Positions 1 through 9,484 of a stretch of DNA of 64,000 bases are shown here, piece after piece; the stretch's first letter is position 1, and each line of letters begins with the position of its first letter. The position numbers and the translations under genes are program-made. The DNA is from Candidatus Omnitrophota bacterium. GTDB taxonomy: Bacteria > Omnitrophota > Omnitrophia > Omnitrophales > Aquincolibacteriaceae. Below the pieces are notes generated by a model that saw only the letters and a list, made by a program, of their open reading frames with translations, was not told where the DNA came from and made no database searches. The stretch lies in the NCBI GenBank assembly GCA_030698625.1, contig JAUYMS010000027.1, positions 39,781-103,780 of the forward strand, written 5' to 3'.

Positions 1-366
1 GAGGATCGCTTCTGTCATTTTAACAAGATCACCGTCAAAGGGAATGGATTTTGCCAAACTTTGGCCTTCGAGAATGACCATGACATGTTTGTCCTCTTTA
101 TGGGTGCCAGGTGCATCGGCGGGTACAAAAACGACCAGGCATTTGGGGAGTGCCTTTTTGATTTTTTTGGAAAGCATCACGCCGTCAAACTCGGGCATAG
201 CAATTTTATTGTAGATAAGATCAATCGACATGCTCTTAGCAAGCTCCACGGCATCCTTCGAGCTTTCGGCCCCTTCGACCACATAGCCGGCAGATTTGAG
301 CTGGTCCTGCGTCGACGCAAGAGTCGCCTTTGTATCATCGATAACAAGTAGTGTGGCTTTGCCCAT
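1..366 (-). CDS. Response regulator receiver (CheY-like) domain protein, partial (3' end beyond window start)
   Basis: Minus-strand ATG at 366-364, open with no stop to position 1 (122 codons). Translation MGKATLLVIDD...SIDLIYNKIAMPEFDGVM... carries the receiver-domain hallmarks LLVIDD and DLI...MPEMDG. The ORF track missed it because there is no in-window stop. Confidence 0.6.
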   Translation of the reverse strand, partial: MGKATLLVIDDTKATLASTQDQLKSAGYVVEGAESSKDAVELAKSMSIDLIYNKIAMPEFDGVMLSKKIKKALPKCLVVFVPADAPGTHKEDKHVMVILEGQSLAKSIPFDGDLVKMTEAIL

Positions 367-452
367 GTGTGTTGCGCCCTGGAAAGTGTGTAAGTCATTC
401 TAAGTCCTATACAAAGGCTACACGATGACCTGCTTCGTTGTAAAGGGCAGAA

Positions 453-935
453 TCAGGCCGCTCGGATAGTCATACCATAATAGCGCCGGATGGCATCACT
501 TAGATCTTCGGGGCAGGCAAGGACAAAGCAGACATTATCAATGTCGGTAGCCCGCTGAAGCAGGGCTTTTAACCAGAAATTGGAGGGGTTGGCGGTAGCG
601 ACGTAAAGGAGACCATTTCCGACTTCTAGGGGCATGATACGATGGGTAAGGATAAGCCACTTGGGGACTGCTTCTAAAGCCTTCGGCTCAATGAGTGAGC
701 GCTCCAAATCAACGAAGGGTATATGATGCTGCATAGCAAGGGCGCGGTAGACATTCCGTCGGCTAACCACCTTACGCTCAACTAAGATCTCGCCAATCAG
801 TCGTCTTGTTACCACTTGCAGCTTGAGGGCCTCCTCAAGCTGGTGCCATGTAATCCATTCCTTCTGGACCATTATTTCGCCAAGGCGCCAACGAGTCTCC
901 TTAACACTTAGTACGGGGGCACTCATGAAACACAC
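453..935 (-). CDS. Standalone MshEN / T2SS-E N-terminal domain protein (putative c-di-GMP binding)
   Basis: 160 aa with two copies of the MshEN-type motif RLGxxLVxxGxIxxxxLxxALxxQ: RLGEIMVQKEWITWHQLEEALKLQ and RLIGEILVERKVVSRRNVYRALAMQ. No ATPase domain follows. Confidence 0.55.
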   Translation of the reverse strand: MCFMSAPVLSVKETRWRLGEIMVQKEWITWHQLEEALKLQVVTRRLIGEILVERKVVSRRNVYRALAMQHHIPFVDLERSLIEPKALEAVPKWLILTHRIMPLEVGNGLLYVATANPSNFWLKALLQRATDIDNVCFVLACPEDLSDAIRRYYGMTIRAA

Positions 936-1128
936 CTCACAGCGCTTATTAATCCCCTCTAATTCAAAGTCTGCCCGACACCTACTTCTTTTACAAGTTA
1001 AGAAAGACTTATCTTCTTTTTCTACAGCAGATTAGCTCTCAGACTCAACCGGAATACTAGTGATTTCAAGCTCATTGCAGGCAGGCTGCTAGCGTTCGAT
1101 AGCGGAGTGACTCATTTTGACACAGGGA

Positions 1129-2160
1129 CTATTTTGTGGCGATGATCATCCAAGATTTCGGACGAAGGATAATCCTCGGTAAAATTGAGAGTTGGTTGAC
1201 TAACGCGCTCAGGCGGGAGTGCGCCTTCAACCAATACGCCAATTTCAGCTTCCAAGTCTGCGGGGCAGAGCGAAGCTCCTTGCGGTCAATATAACAATCT
1301 ATGAAATTGAAAAAATGCAGCTGTACATTCTTAAACCCACCGTCATGGGCACCCTTCTTCCACTGAGGCAGTGTGTAAGCATTCTCATTGAAACCTTCAT
1401 CGATCGCTTCTTGAAGCGCTTTTCCCGACTTATCTTCCAAAAGACCGAAAGCGCACTCGTGGATCGCTACCACCCGTCCGCCGGGTTTTAGTACGCGGCG
1501 AAATTCGCCAAAAAGCGGGCCCAGTTCCTTACAGTGGTGAATCACCGAGTGTGAAAAAATAAGATCGAACGTTTCGTCACCGAACGGCAGGTTGTTCATA
1601 TCGCCGCTAACGCGCTCAAAATAACTGCCATCCTCTTCAAAATATAGGTCTGCCGCCATCAGATAATTCGTCACATCAAGGGCCACCACATCGCAACCGC
1701 GTTGTGCAAACCGCCAGGAACTCCAGCCGAAGCTTGCTCCGACCTCTAGGACTGATTCTCCTCCCTTAAGGTTCAGAAAATCAAGGGTCTTAAAGAAGCG
1801 CGTTGCGTTCCCCGCCTGATTGTCAAACCCCCCTCCCGGCTGAAAGTGCTGGCTGCCGTCTCCCTTTGGAAGCGAAATAAACAGATTTCGATTACGCTCC
1901 AGCGTCTCTCGAGTGATAGGGCACGGGTTTCCATGATCATCCTGAAAATAACTGAAGGACTCCGCGTGTTCTTTTTCGTGCTGCACTTCTTCGGCTAAAT
2001 GATCACCGAGCGTATGCACGATACCGTCAACAATAGCATAGGTCTTTCCGCTGGATTTCGAGCGGATCTCACCCTGACGGATTTCGCGATCGTTTTCTAC
2101 CGTCACCTTGAGCTCCCAATCCGTGGGGTTCGGTAACTTAATAATTAGTTCACGTTTCAT
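1129..2160 (-). CDS. Class I SAM-dependent methyltransferase
   Basis: 343 aa. Motif I LEVGASFGWSSW and acidic motif II VVALDV. 4-bp overlap with the upstream JAMM gene suggests one operon. Confidence 0.7.
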   Translation of the reverse strand: MKRELIIKLPNPTDWELKVTVENDREIRQGEIRSKSSGKTYAIVDGIVHTLGDHLAEEVQHEKEHAESFSYFQDDHGNPCPITRETLERNRNLFISLPKGDGSQHFQPGGGFDNQAGNATRFFKTLDFLNLKGGESVLEVGASFGWSSWRFAQRGCDVVALDVTNYLMAADLYFEEDGSYFERVSGDMNNLPFGDETFDLIFSHSVIHHCKELGPLFGEFRRVLKPGGRVVAIHECAFGLLEDKSGKALQEAIDEGFNENAYTLPQWKKGAHDGGFKNVQLHFFNFIDCYIDRKELRSAPQTWKLKLAYWLKAHSRLSALVNQLSILPRIILRPKSWMIIATK

Positions 2161-2615
2161 GATATAAAGTCCTTCCTTTCATCATTCCAAGTAAAAGTGT
2201 TATGTCCCTTTGCCTTCCCCTCAACAACGGATACGACTAGATACGCGACTCCGGGATAAACGGGCTCACCCTCTGCTGTGGCTGCGCGCTTATCTTCGTC
2301 CGAAAAATAAGCGCCAACATTAATATGGGAGTGGTAGATCACACGAATTTCTTCGCCGCTCTCCCGAGCCTCTTTCTGAATCTCAAGAAGCTCTCTCGGA
2401 TCAATAAAATAAGCTGCCTTGGCGTCTCTCTTGAAGATCTCGGGATCCTTCTGATGATAATCATCCTGAACATTCCTGCACGGCCTTAGCTTCGTCATGT
2501 TCCCGACCTGTGATTTGGGTCCAAGAATCATTCCACAGCATTCATTCGGATACTCTGCTTCTGCCTGCTGAATAATTTGTTTGAGAAAATTTTCCGAAAC
2601 TTCTACCGTGCTCAT
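2157..2615 (-). CDS. JAMM/MPN+ metalloprotease (Mec+-like)
   Basis: 152 aa. JAMM motif E...HSHINVGAYFSDED matches HxHx7Sx2D, with an upstream conserved Glu (EYPNECCG). 4-bp overlaps with both neighbours. Confidence 0.75.
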   Translation of the reverse strand: MSTVEVSENFLKQIIQQAEAEYPNECCGMILGPKSQVGNMTKLRPCRNVQDDYHQKDPEIFKRDAKAAYFIDPRELLEIQKEARESGEEIRVIYHSHINVGAYFSDEDKRAATAEGEPVYPGVAYLVVSVVEGKAKGHNTFTWNDERKDFIS

Positions 2616-3697
2616 AAGGCTGCCAGATGTGTGCTCAGGTATTTCTCTCCCCCATCCGCGAACATGAGAACCGCCATCCCCTCCCGAACACCTTCGAGGG
2701 CATGCAACGCCCCATAGAGAACACCACCGGCCGAAGGACTCACCAAAAGACCTTCTTTACGGACCAATTCAGTCGCCCAATAATAAGCGGGTTCTGTAGG
2801 GATCGTAATCTTACGGTCATACACGCTCGAATCATAAATCGGTACCGGGCTCGAGGAATCCATATTTTTCCACCCTTCGATTCCATGAAAAGCTTCCGGC
2901 TGTAGTGCGATCGTCTGAATCTCAGAATTCTTCTCTTTAAGAAATCTCGCCGTGCCCATCATGGTACCGCTCGTGCCCAATCCCGAAACAAAGTGCGTGA
3001 TACGCCCTTGTGTATCTCGCCATATCTCAGGCCCGGTTGTTTCGTAATGGGCACGCCAGTTTTCAGGATTACTATACTGATCGGGATAAAAGTACTTTCT
3101 CGGTTCCCGCGCGGCTATTTCCGCAGCAACTTCCCTTGCGCCGTCTGACCCCTTCAGAGGGTCGGAGTAGGTAATCGCAGCACCGTAGGCGGTAACGATT
3201 TGTTTTCGTTCCGAACTTACATTTCCCGGCATGACGAGCTCCACGGAAAATCCCATCACCGCCCCTATCATCGCGTAGGCAATTCCCGTATTCCCCGAAG
3301 TGGAGTCGATCAGGGTCTGCCCGGGCTTAAATGCTCCGCTTTCCCGTCCCTTGCGGACCATAAAATAGGCTGGCCGATCCTTTACGGAACCGCCCGGGTT
3401 AAACCACTCGGCCTTCGCGTAGATTTCCAGTAAAGGAGAAACCTCTTGGGGCAAAGCTCTCCGCAAGCGAATCAGGGGTGTATTGCCGATCGAATCAAGC
3501 AGAGATGAGGTTTTTTGAACACCTGCGGGTATCGACATCCGAGAAATACGTCTCCTCATGGGAAATGACTCACAGGCGAGAGCCGAGTTCCCGGGATTTT
3601 TTAAATCAATCTTCGTGAGTAATACTTTTGATCTGACCGGAGCCCAGTTCAACGCGCACATACGGCCCCGGCGAAGAGGAATTCTGCCGGCCGACAC
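2612..3697 (-). CDS. Cysteine synthase family PLP enzyme (CysM/CysK-like; candidate thiocarboxylate-dependent sulfhydrylase)
   Basis: PLP-lysine motif FNPGGSVKDRPA, SIGNTPLIRL, glycine-rich SGNTGIAYA and GTSGT loops. The N-terminal ~50 aa of the ORF are probably upstream of the real start (MRRRISRMSIPAG or MSIPAG). Confidence 0.8.
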   Translation of the reverse strand: MSAGRIPLRRGRMCALNWAPVRSKVLLTKIDLKNPGNSALACESFPMRRRISRMSIPAGVQKTSSLLDSIGNTPLIRLRRALPQEVSPLLEIYAKAEWFNPGGSVKDRPAYFMVRKGRESGAFKPGQTLIDSTSGNTGIAYAMIGAVMGFSVELVMPGNVSSERKQIVTAYGAAITYSDPLKGSDGAREVAAEIAAREPRKYFYPDQYSNPENWRAHYETTGPEIWRDTQGRITHFVSGLGTSGTMMGTARFLKEKNSEIQTIALQPEAFHGIEGWKNMDSSSPVPIYDSSVYDRKITIPTEPAYYWATELVRKEGLLVSPSAGGVLYGALHALEGVREGMAVLMFADGGEKYLSTHLAAL

Positions 3698-5252
3698 GAA
3701 TAAGGATATCGAGATTCGACGAATCGGCCCGCCACGCCGAATCCAGAGTTAATGCGGAATCCTTCGAATCGAGTGAGGCGATTTTCTTTCCCCGCCCGTT
3801 GGCATCACTTTCAATCACTTCGTAACGATAAACGTTGCCATCGCGCGGATGAAAACCCCGCTCCACCGCAAGGTCCTGAAAAACAAGCTGGCCTCCTTTT
3901 ACATCAAAATGGTCCAAGGGATTAGCCTTATCGAACCAGTATTTACCGATAATATCACGACGTTCGATCAAAGTTTTAGCGATGTAATCGACGTCTTCGT
4001 CATTCGTCAACTCGCCCGCCTTAACCATCGCGCGGACATCATCATCTGAAAAAGACATGACGATTTTTGCGGCCCAGAAGGCATCGGCAAGACTCAGATC
4101 CTTAAAAGCAAAGTAAGGGAATTGAGTCTTGTATCGCCCGGGATCAAAATCAATATTGTTAAAATAGCCGATTGCCTCGGAAGGGTGTGGCCGTCCGCCG
4201 GCTTGGCGCCACTTACGCTGCCATGGCTTCTCCCACAGCCCCAGTGATAAAAAGGACTTGGACGATTCTCCGAAATCAAACATATGTTCATACCCGTACA
4301 TCGGCGGTTTTGAGCCGGCCGCGCTCGCACCCAAAGCAGAGTTAAAATCGATCAGGTAGGGCGTCGCGGGGTCATCTTCGTTATTCCCCTGAAGCACATT
4401 CAAACTATTGCTCTCGCGGACATCGTAATTATTAAGCCAGGATGCAAACACGCAAACAGCCCGCATGGCTCGCATATCCTGCTGAGGAACATGTCCGCGC
4501 GGATTGTCTGCGTCGTAACCTTGAAAGGGAACGTTCCCAAAAATTTCGCCGCGTAGTATCTTGCTGGCAGATGCACGAAAACGGCCCTGTGCATCCTGCG
4601 GCAGGAAGAGCACAGACTCTTCAAGCTTTTCGGCTGTTAACGGCCTCTTGAACCCTGTGTCATCGTAAGCCCTCGCTCCGGGAGCAGGCTCAAGTTTTTC
4701 GGGTTTAAATGTCACGATCGTATACTGCGGTACGTTATAACCGATAGCATAGTAGAAGCGGCTGGCAATTACTTCCGCCGCAGTGGCAAGCTCAAAGTTA
4801 GAAACCGGATCAAACTTAAAGAGGTAGCGATCACCGCGCACATCCTGGACAAAGAATCCCGGATGAAGGCCCTCAAGCTTGCCGCTTGTGACCAGAAGCT
4901 TTCCGCTTGCATCAGGGCCCTCACTCTCGCGGTAGCCCCTTTCGAGTTCCGAAAGCGAGAACCGCTTTCGAGCGTGACGGTTTTGGAAAAAACGGGAGTC
5001 CGGTACCTCATCATAGACATTCACATCGCGCGCTCTTGCTTTTTTATTAAAAAGAGCTCGGTACAAACGCTCAAGGTGCAGAAAATTCGTACCTTCATAA
5101 TAAAAGTTCTGGTCGAAACCGTCCCGAAGGAGCCCATGCTGTGCCTTCTTGCCATTTGCAGCTTGGGCAAAATGCGCCCCTAGTGCCGACGAGGCAAAAA
5201 ATACTGCCAGAGTCAGAACGATTAACTTAGAACGGTGTTGCACTTTTGACAT
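3606..5252 (-). CDS. Secreted hypothetical protein (~548 aa)
   Basis: Long ORF. With start at internal M8 (ATG at 5252) it has a signal peptide MSKVQHRSKLIVLTLAVFFASSALGAHFAQA. No recognisable catalytic motif. Confidence 0.5.
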   Translation of the reverse strand: MSKVQHRSKLIVLTLAVFFASSALGAHFAQAANGKKAQHGLLRDGFDQNFYYEGTNFLHLERLYRALFNKKARARDVNVYDEVPDSRFFQNRHARKRFSLSELERGYRESEGPDASGKLLVTSGKLEGLHPGFFVQDVRGDRYLFKFDPVSNFELATAAEVIASRFYYAIGYNVPQYTIVTFKPEKLEPAPGARAYDDTGFKRPLTAEKLEESVLFLPQDAQGRFRASASKILRGEIFGNVPFQGYDADNPRGHVPQQDMRAMRAVCVFASWLNNYDVRESNSLNVLQGNNEDDPATPYLIDFNSALGASAAGSKPPMYGYEHMFDFGESSKSFLSLGLWEKPWQRKWRQAGGRPHPSEAIGYFNNIDFDPGRYKTQFPYFAFKDLSLADAFWAAKIVMSFSDDDVRAMVKAGELTNDEDVDYIAKTLIERRDIIGKYWFDKANPLDHFDVKGGQLVFQDLAVERGFHPRDGNVYRYEVIESDANGRGKKIASLDSKDSALTLDSAWRADSSNLDILIRVGRQNSSSPGPYVRVELGSGQIKSITHED

Positions 5253-6531
5253 AAAAATTGGTCCCTTCGTCACCGTGATTCATTTCCACAGAAAAAAGAA
5301 TATTATTCGCGAGACTTAGACGGAAACCCAAACCGTAAGATTCGCGAAAATCGCGCAGCTGCAAATCACTAAATTCTCCGAAGACCTGACCTTCATCCCA
5401 TGACAGCAAGGCATCAATCTTGAAATCGTTATACTCCCATATGGTGTAGCGATATTCGACGTTGAGTAGCAGAATGCTCTCATCAAAGAAACGATTGAAG
5501 TCATATGCGCGCAGCGGGTGGCCCAGGCGCGGGTAAGTGCCATAGCCTCCCAGTTTTGCCATCTGATGGAACGGAACGATGCCATCATTGACTTCATCAT
5601 TGTGTTCGGCGTAGGCATGCACGGCCAAGACTCGCCGTGGTGACCCCAAACTAAGATAGCGGCTGACTTCGGCTTGATACCTGAGATATCTTGCTCTAGA
5701 ACTTTGCACTCCTTCCACGAAGCTCAGACCCAAACGCCCATAACCTCCCTCGGTTGACAGCGCCTTGAGATTCCTTGAATCTCGATCCCAGACGATTCCC
5801 ACACTCACAAGATCATCACCGGTCAACCCGGGGATGGAGCCCGGAGCGAAAGTGCGGGGAATCACACCGCGCCCTCCGTCTTCACCGTCCTTAATATTGA
5901 CGTTAACGTAACCGACTTTGAGATCTACCCCCATGAGCGGACTGAAATCATACCCGATATTGTAATCCACCTGCGTCCTCTCCATATTGTAAGAAGAGCC
6001 CTCGCCGCGGCTTGTATCAGGCCCAATCCCATAGAAGTGTTCCTCGGGTCTATCGTCATATTGAAAAGAAGCAGAGGTGTGAAGCCCATCTCCGGCAATG
6101 CGCTGAAGTCCGATTTCCGTTCCGACATCGAAGACCACGTCATGCGCCCAATAGACCTTGCCCTTGGCGATCAGATCGGGATAGTCCCCTTTCTTGTGCA
6201 CCAGGCGAACCATATCGACATCGACACCTGCTCCGAGCCGCCCAAGGCTCACCCGCGGTGTAATACCTTGAGCATCGAGGAGATCATAACCCCATTGCAT
6301 TTTCTTAGGAACATGGTATTCATCCAGTGCGACCAGAATCTTATCGATTGGCCACCGCAGAATCTCAAAGGGGTACACCAAAAAATGCTTGCCGGCATTT
6401 TCTACTCTGGAGTCTTCACGGATCTCGGGGAAATTCTGAGCATACGGATCATAGCTCAGTTCCTGTGCCAATACTGCCCCGGGCAGTAGAATGAGGGCAA
6501 AAATTAAAAAAATACTAACTCTGTGTTTCAA
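5227..6531 (-). CDS. Outer-membrane beta-barrel protein (Omp85/surface-antigen-like, no obvious POTRA)
   Basis: Signal peptide MKHRVSIFLIFALILLPGAVLAQ, alternating amphipathic beta-strand pattern, C-terminal ...FYVKSATPF ending in Phe as in OM barrels. Confidence 0.5.
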   Translation of the reverse strand: MKHRVSIFLIFALILLPGAVLAQELSYDPYAQNFPEIREDSRVENAGKHFLVYPFEILRWPIDKILVALDEYHVPKKMQWGYDLLDAQGITPRVSLGRLGAGVDVDMVRLVHKKGDYPDLIAKGKVYWAHDVVFDVGTEIGLQRIAGDGLHTSASFQYDDRPEEHFYGIGPDTSRGEGSSYNMERTQVDYNIGYDFSPLMGVDLKVGYVNVNIKDGEDGGRGVIPRTFAPGSIPGLTGDDLVSVGIVWDRDSRNLKALSTEGGYGRLGLSFVEGVQSSRARYLRYQAEVSRYLSLGSPRRVLAVHAYAEHNDEVNDGIVPFHQMAKLGGYGTYPRLGHPLRAYDFNRFFDESILLLNVEYRYTIWEYNDFKIDALLSWDEGQVFGEFSDLQLRDFRESYGLGFRLSLANNILFSVEMNHGDEGTNFYVKSATPF

Positions 6532-6679
6532 GCGGTTCTATGCTCCCTTAACCAGGTAATCATTTCAAGTGATCGCTGCCGCGACGGATCCTGCCGCAAT
6601 GAAGGGAATTATAGGGAGACTTTTAAGTATGATCAAGGAAGTATTCTATAGTCCCTTTCTTGCGTTTCTCCGGCTTACC

Positions 6680-9079
6680 TCACACATTTTTGGAATCCGA
6701 GGGAGAAATCGAGAATCTCTCAAGTTGTTTCAGCTCCGGCCACCGCTCAGCCAGGGCCAACTCATCAATCAGAAACTGGCTAATCAACGAAAACCAGCGG
6801 TCCCCGGACACTACAAAGCTTTTCAAGATATCAACGACTTCTTCTTCACGTACCTGAATGACATCCGTGCCATCGAGCACCCGCTGTATCATGATGGCAA
6901 GATCAGGTCCGAGGGTATTGGACAAGAGCTCTAAGGCATGGACATGTGTCGGGTCCGACTTATCGTGGTCTATGAGCCGCTGGTGGATCATTTGCATAAG
7001 TTCGTGGGGATACAATAAGCTCAGGTAGTGAAAAATACGCTCGATATTTTCGTCGCGGATTGCCGTCAGAGCCACCCCAAGATAATCCTCGCCTTTGGTT
7101 TTCTTAACACCTTGATTATAGAAAGCACTCACTTGCTGGATACGCTTATGAATGGCCGTCTCCCGCCCTATCTCACTTTTGGCTACAATACGGTTGATCT
7201 CAAGACTTGGCCTCTGATTATGAAGCCGCACCAAGGCCTTTGCCATGACAAATCGAAAAGCGTGATCTTGCGTCGCCGCCAATGTGTGTAAGAGAAGATC
7301 CACCGTTTCCTGGCGAGGGAGATGTTCAAGGACACGGATCGCGCGGCGTTTGGCATCTAGCGACGGGGCATCCTCTCGTATGGTCTCGGCGAGTTTCATG
7401 AGAATCGTCTCGGGTGATTGCGCCACATAATCTTTAACGGATTTTGGTTGATCGGAACCGCGCTCGGCACCCAACCCCATCAAGTTATTGAGAAACTCCA
7501 AATCACGCGAATCCAGGGCCTTGGCATCTTCGGCTTCTTCAATTTTATCGAAAGCCTCTTGCTGCGCCATCTGATCTACAATCTTGCGCGCCGTTTTAAC
7601 ATCTCGAGCCGAACGCCCATAAGCTACGAAATAAGCGGTCGCTGCCAGTTTACGCGCATAAGTCGAACGGTGATTCATAAAAGACTTTGCCTCTTCAAAA
7701 CTTTTCTCGTCATGAAGAAAGCTGAGGACATCGGTGGCACGTTTGGTTTCTACCGTCTTTGCATACTGGGTTTTGCTTAGAAGATTCTTGCGCAAAAGCT
7801 TTGAATAGGCGTGTCGCATCATCCACGCAATCCAAAACCACAGCGGAATCAGTGTCAGGGCAAGCAATCCCAATTTTTCTACCGGGAGATTCAGGAGCGG
7901 GGCCATAAATGCAATATAAATACCCGCGAAGGCCTTCGCGCCGCGGTACCCCAGCATATCAATAACGGGCTTGATCCTGCGGCGTATATCCCCGGCAATC
8001 GGTAGATACAAGACCTCTTTGCTGGCCTGCTGCACCGAATAATTGACGCTGCCATCATACATCTTGAGACAGATGCCGACTGCCAGAACCGGATAGAGAA
8101 AACTGGCGAAAGAGAGAAAAACGAGTCCTACGGGTAATATCCAGATGGATATTCCCACCCCGAGATACCTTAGCGCAAGGCTTGTCACCACAATCTGCAT
8201 GATAAAGGAGAGCATGTTCAGCCAGCCGTAAAACCCCCCGTAAAAGGCCGTCATGGCATCTTTGCCGCTCACGGACATCTCGACGAGGCCGCCGAATTGA
8301 TTGTCGATGATCGTCGCTACCATCTTCGCCATAATCACGATAGCGCACAGCATTACCAAATACGAAGATCCCTTAAAAATTTGAAATACAGAGCCCTGGT
8401 CTTGCTCCTTCGTTTCCCGCTCTTTGATTGTCGCTTTCGACTCCGTTTCGTTCTCACCGTGGTGCCCCAACCTCCACAGAAGGGCCACAACCACCATGCA
8501 CAAGCCCACGATTCCTGCGGAAACCAACAGCAAGTTTTCGGTCCCCACCGTCCGCACCGCATGGCTCGTTAGGAAACCCCCCAAAATTCCGCCGATCGAG
8601 CCCCCGCTAATAATCAGGCCGAAAAGACGCCTGGCCTCATTCGCATTAAAAAGGTCATTCGCCAAAGTCCAAAAAATGGTTGTCAATGTTATGGAAAACG
8701 ATGCCTGCCAAAGATAGAACACGGCCGACAGGTAAGGCACGTTCGCCGCAAAGAGAACCCGAAACAGCAGAAGGTTTGTGATGAAAAATCCCAGAAGCCC
8801 AAAATAAAAGAACCGCCTCGACGCTCGTTTGGCGAACTCCACGTAAAGACTCACCACAAGGATTAAAAAAACACCTTCCCCGATGTTAATAAAGCGCATA
8901 TTGTCAGCGCCAAATTCGGTGAGAAAGAGGGATTTTTGAACGGGCTTAAGAACGTAAATGACCCCGACCGTCAGGGAGAAGTACAAGAACATGAGCAGGG
9001 TCTTCGTGCGCTCCCCTGCACGAATTTCCACAAACGGCTTGGTAACGAAAGTCAGGGAACGAACAAGAAAACTCTTCAC
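6680..9079 (-). CDS. TLC-family (ATP/ADP translocase-like, Npt1/Npt2) nucleotide transporter fused to a C-terminal HEAT-repeat domain
   Basis: 799 aa. The N-terminal ~450 aa have 11-12 predicted TM helices and TLC-like sequence (KPFVEIRAGERTKTLLMFLYFSL...). The C-terminal ~330 aa are alpha-helical with HEAT-like repeats. Confidence 0.65.
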   Translation of the reverse strand: MKSFLVRSLTFVTKPFVEIRAGERTKTLLMFLYFSLTVGVIYVLKPVQKSLFLTEFGADNMRFINIGEGVFLILVVSLYVEFAKRASRRFFYFGLLGFFITNLLLFRVLFAANVPYLSAVFYLWQASFSITLTTIFWTLANDLFNANEARRLFGLIISGGSIGGILGGFLTSHAVRTVGTENLLLVSAGIVGLCMVVVALLWRLGHHGENETESKATIKERETKEQDQGSVFQIFKGSSYLVMLCAIVIMAKMVATIIDNQFGGLVEMSVSGKDAMTAFYGGFYGWLNMLSFIMQIVVTSLALRYLGVGISIWILPVGLVFLSFASFLYPVLAVGICLKMYDGSVNYSVQQASKEVLYLPIAGDIRRRIKPVIDMLGYRGAKAFAGIYIAFMAPLLNLPVEKLGLLALTLIPLWFWIAWMMRHAYSKLLRKNLLSKTQYAKTVETKRATDVLSFLHDEKSFEEAKSFMNHRSTYARKLAATAYFVAYGRSARDVKTARKIVDQMAQQEAFDKIEEAEDAKALDSRDLEFLNNLMGLGAERGSDQPKSVKDYVAQSPETILMKLAETIREDAPSLDAKRRAIRVLEHLPRQETVDLLLHTLAATQDHAFRFVMAKALVRLHNQRPSLEINRIVAKSEIGRETAIHKRIQQVSAFYNQGVKKTKGEDYLGVALTAIRDENIERIFHYLSLLYPHELMQMIHQRLIDHDKSDPTHVHALELLSNTLGPDLAIMIQRVLDGTDVIQVREEEVVDILKSFVVSGDRWFSLISQFLIDELALAERWPELKQLERFSISPSDSKNV

Positions 9080-9474
9080 CGAATTCCCGCCCCGGCATCA
9101 AAGGCGTCTTGAATCAATCTGATCTCAGGCTCCCCTTCTTCTCGGAAAGAGACCGCAACAACATCAAAGGCGACGGAACAATCTGTCGTTTTTGTGGCTT
9201 TCAGATACCACTGCGCCAATTGAATTAATTTTCTCTGCTTGAGTCTGTGCACGGCTTCCTCGGGACGCCCGAATCGGTCGCCTCGTCGCGTCTTAATCTC
9301 CACAAAGGCGAGAAAACCCCGTCGCGTCGCAACCACATCAATTTCACCCATCCGACAGCGATAGTTGCGGGCTTCGATCGAGTACCCGTTTCGGGTCAAA
9401 AAAGCGCAGGCAATCTCTTCACCTCGGCGGCCGAGAGAAAGATGAGTTTCCTTTTCAGATACGGATACGGTCAT
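9076..9474 (-). CDS. yraN: YraN family (UPF0102) endonuclease-like protein
   Basis: GEEIACAFLTRNGYSIEARNYRCRMGEIDVVA...FVEIKTRRG motifs. Start trimmed to internal MTVSV (ATG at 9474), so it does not overlap rnhB. Confidence 0.65.
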   Translation of the reverse strand: MTVSVSEKETHLSLGRRGEEIACAFLTRNGYSIEARNYRCRMGEIDVVATRRGFLAFVEIKTRRGDRFGRPEEAVHRLKQRKLIQLAQWYLKATKTTDCSVAFDVVAVSFREEGEPEIRLIQDAFDAGAGIR

Positions 9475-9484
9475 GATTCGCTTT

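Noticed and set aside
61-398. Track ORFs 61..351(+) and 177..398(-) at the window start
   Set aside because: Neither translation looks protein-like. A different minus-strand frame (ATG at 366, open to position 1) gives a clear CheY-like receiver domain, so these two are frame artefacts of that gene.
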